IMG/VR virus record: IMGVR_UViG_3300011113_000492
Span: 59,082 to 123,081 of that record
Strand: one strand, 5' to 3'
Source: a virus
Length of the DNA stretch: 64,000 bases
A model generated the notes under the pieces. That model had not been told where the DNA came from. It searched no databases and saw only the letters and a program-made list of their open reading frames with translations. Positions 62,290 through 64,000 of the stretch are shown here, one piece after another; positions within the stretch are counted from its first letter, which is position 1; each line of letters begins with the position of its first letter. A program made the translations under genes and the position numbers.

Positions 62290-64000
62290 ATGAATTTGTT
62301 TGATATATTTGAATCCGGCGATCAAGAATTAGATGAAAATTTGCGTAAATGGTTCAAAGACAAATGGGTGAGATTCGGACCGGATGGCGAGATTCGAGGT
62401 GACTGTGCCAGAGGTGATGACAGCGAAGGCAAGCCAAAGTGCTTACCACAAAGTAAAGCACATGCGTTAGGCAAAAAAGGTCGTGCTAGTGCTGCTGCTC
62501 GTAAACGTAGAGAAGATCCCGATCCAGAACGCAGAGGTCCTGCTAAGAATGTTGCTACTAAGAAAAAGAGTAATGAAGGTGTGGCGGAAGGCTCCGGGGG
62601 GCAAAAGTTTATTGTTACCTATAACAATAGCCTATCGAATGATTCGTATACTGTTATGGTGTCAGCTGATGACGAATATGATGCTAAAGACAAAGTTAGT
62701 CATGCACTAGGCATGGGTGACAGAATTACTGATGTCAAATCTGCTCGTGGCACTGAGCCCACAGACCGTGAATATAAAGTGTTTGTTGATCCCAGAACTA
62801 GTCAAAAAAGATCAGGTATCTATGACAGGCAACAAGGGTTGGCGGAGGATGAATTAGACGAAGCATGTTGGAAAGGTTATCATAAGGAAGGTATGAAAAC
62901 CATGTTTGGCAAACGTTATCCAAACTGTGTTAAAAATACAAATGAAGAACAAACAGTAAAAGAAGACACTAACATACCTTTTAATACTTGTCCTGGTTGT
63001 GGTGGTGATATAGTACACGAATCAGAACTACAAGAAAAACAAGATGCTTGTTATCACAAAGTAAAAAGTCGTTACAAAGTTTGGCCCAGTGCATATGCTA
63101 GCGGTGCATTAGTTCAGTGCCGTAAAAAAGGTGCTAGTAACTGGGGTAATAAATCCGAAGGTGTGGCGGAAGGTTCCGATATCCCTCAATGGAGAGTTGA
63201 GCAGTCAGATGCTACTGGTCGTTATTATGTAGTGAGTGGTTATAGTGACAAATCTCGCAAAGTATGGAAAAGTAAACTAGGTGCTATAGACTTTGTGAAA
63301 AAAGCAGACGCGGAAGCAAAGGCACAAGAATTAAATCAAGGTGTGGCGGAAGGCAAAATCAAACTAAGCACAGACCCTAACTGGTACGGAGCCGAAGTAG
63401 GTAATTATAAATCTAACAGTCCTGTCGTCAACATTCCAGCAAATCAATTAGTAGGATTCGAACCTGATGACAAAATGAATCAACCTGCTAGTAAAGCCAA
63501 TGTTGAAAAGATTGTTGTCGGCCTAAAACAAGGTGCTAAACTTCCTCCTTTGCTGGTTCGCAAATACAAAAACGGATATCAAGTATTAGATGGGCACCAT
63601 AGATTTTGGGCATACAAATTATTAGGAGTCAAATCAATACCAGCACAGGTTGTTCCTGATAGTGATATTGAAGAAAAAGGTCAGCAAGGTGTGGCGGAGG
63701 CAGAGTTAGACGAAGCATGTTGGAAAGGTTACCACAAAGAAGGTATGAAAACTATGTTTGGTAAAAAATATCCAAACTGTGTAAAGAATACTAACGAAGA
63801 ACAAGAACAACATAGCGAAAAATGTCCACATTGCGGCGGCGAAATGGTTAGTGAAGAACTAATGAATGAAAAGAAAGATGCTTGCTACTATAAAGTAAAG
63901 AGTCGTTATAAAGTATGGCCTAGTGCTTATGCAAGTGGTGCATTAGTTCAATGTCGTAAGAAGGGTGCTAGTAACTGGGGTACCAAGAGTGAAGGTGTGG
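62290..64000 (+). CDS. Modular GVAE-linked polyprotein with ParB-like domain and internal duplication; 3'-truncated (absent from ORF track)
   Basis: ATG 62290 (MNLFDIFE), open to the window end; LRKWFKDKWV, ACWKGY..PNCV x2, VWPSAYASG x2, PPLLVR...VLDGHHR. Confidence 0.85.
   Translation, partial: MNLFDIFESGDQELDENLRKWFKDKWVRFGPDGEIRGDCARGDDSEGKPKCLPQSKAHALGKKGRASAAARKRREDPDPERRGPAKNVATKKKSNEGVAEGSGGQKFIVTYNNSLSNDSYTVMVSADDEYDAKDKVSHALGMGDRITDVKSARGTEPTDREYKVFVDPRTSQKRSGIYDRQQGLAEDELDEACWKGYHKEGMKTMFGKRYPNCVKNTNEEQTVKEDTNIPFNTCPGCGGDIVHESELQEKQDACYHKVKSRYKVWPSAYASGALVQCRKKGASNWGNKSEGVAEGSDIPQWRVEQSDATGRYYVVSGYSDKSRKVWKSKLGAIDFVKKADAEAKAQELNQGVAEGKIKLSTDPNWYGAEVGNYKSNSPVVNIPANQLVGFEPDDKMNQPASKANVEKIVVGLKQGAKLPPLLVRKYKNGYQVLDGHHRFWAYKLLGVKSIPAQVVPDSDIEEKGQQGVAEAELDEACWKGYHKEGMKTMFGKKYPNCVKNTNEEQEQHSEKCPHCGGEMVSEELMNEKKDACYYKVKSRYKVWPSAYASGALVQCRKKGASNWGTKSEGV

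Larger units (their letters stand above)
54914..64000 (+). repeat. Dispersed in-frame linker repeat AAGGTGTGGCGGAAGG (GVAEG)
   Basis: Exact GGTGTGGCGGA at 55103, 57447, 62578, 63160, 63340 and 63688; near-copies at 54917 and 62836; truncated copy at 63994; degenerate copies at 55856 and 57606. Confidence 0.95.

Noticed and set aside
62851-63999. Diversity-generating retroelement template/variable repeat pair
   Set aside because: Differences are mostly third-position synonymous changes of all base types, not adenine-specific; no reverse transcriptase in the window.
54914-64000. GGTGTGGCGGAAGG repeats as a CRISPR array
   Set aside because: The repeat is only 11-17 nt, the intervals are 159-753 nt, irregular and all in frame within coding genes, and there are no cas genes.
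1-64000. Most minus-strand and alternative-frame ORFs in the track (e.g. 973-1386, 3810-4340, 55810-56367, 58128-58487)
   Set aside because: They lie wholly opposite or within convincing + strand genes and lack SDs and recognisable motifs; only 40689-41345 and 43140-43877 are accepted on the minus strand.
1-64000. Stop-codon reassignment (seen in some jumbo phages)
   Set aside because: Well-known genes (pstS, glyA, ligase, clpA) are full length under the standard code, and TGA, TAG and TAA all end genes at expected positions.
1-64000. tRNA genes
   Set aside because: The only tRNA-like T-arm/CCA found belongs to the tmRNA; other TTCGA hits lack cloverleaf context. Checked by eye only.

Overview
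A 64-kb, AT-rich, very gene-dense segment of a large T4-like/jumbo myophage genome. Almost all genes are on the + strand; only an HNH gene (40689-41345) and phoH (43140-43877) are convincingly on the - strand. Phage evidence: T4-type late promoters (TATAAATA/ATAAATA), clamp loader, ATP-dependent ligase, baseplate/tail-like proteins, GH19 endolysin with spanin-like genes, and two HNH endonucleases. The host-like genes (PstS, Gram-negative porin, AhpC/AhpD, PBP7-like peptidase) look betaproteobacterial, which is an inference. Main points: (1) putative head polyproteins at 54-64 kb built of small domains joined in frame by a linker fixed at DNA level (AAGGTGTGGCGGAAGG = GVAEG), while neighbouring duplicated domains differ at a third of their codons synonymously, suggesting a cassette-shuffling system; (2) a Pho-box-controlled pstS, plcP-like and agt-like glycosyltransferase module, i.e. 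possible phage-encoded phospholipid-to-glycolipid remodelling, with an unannotated 59-aa gene overlapping both enzymes; (3) a circularly permuted two-piece tmRNA with a 28-codon tag and an intervening segment complementary to its own T-arm; (4) ten short paralogues ending in F-x-L-[RK]-W, seven of them chained by 4-nt overlaps; (5) capsid-targeting-like N-termini on a kinase and an SOD; (6) an identical 79-bp early-promoter cassette at two loci. All family assignments come from motif recognition by eye; no database search was run.
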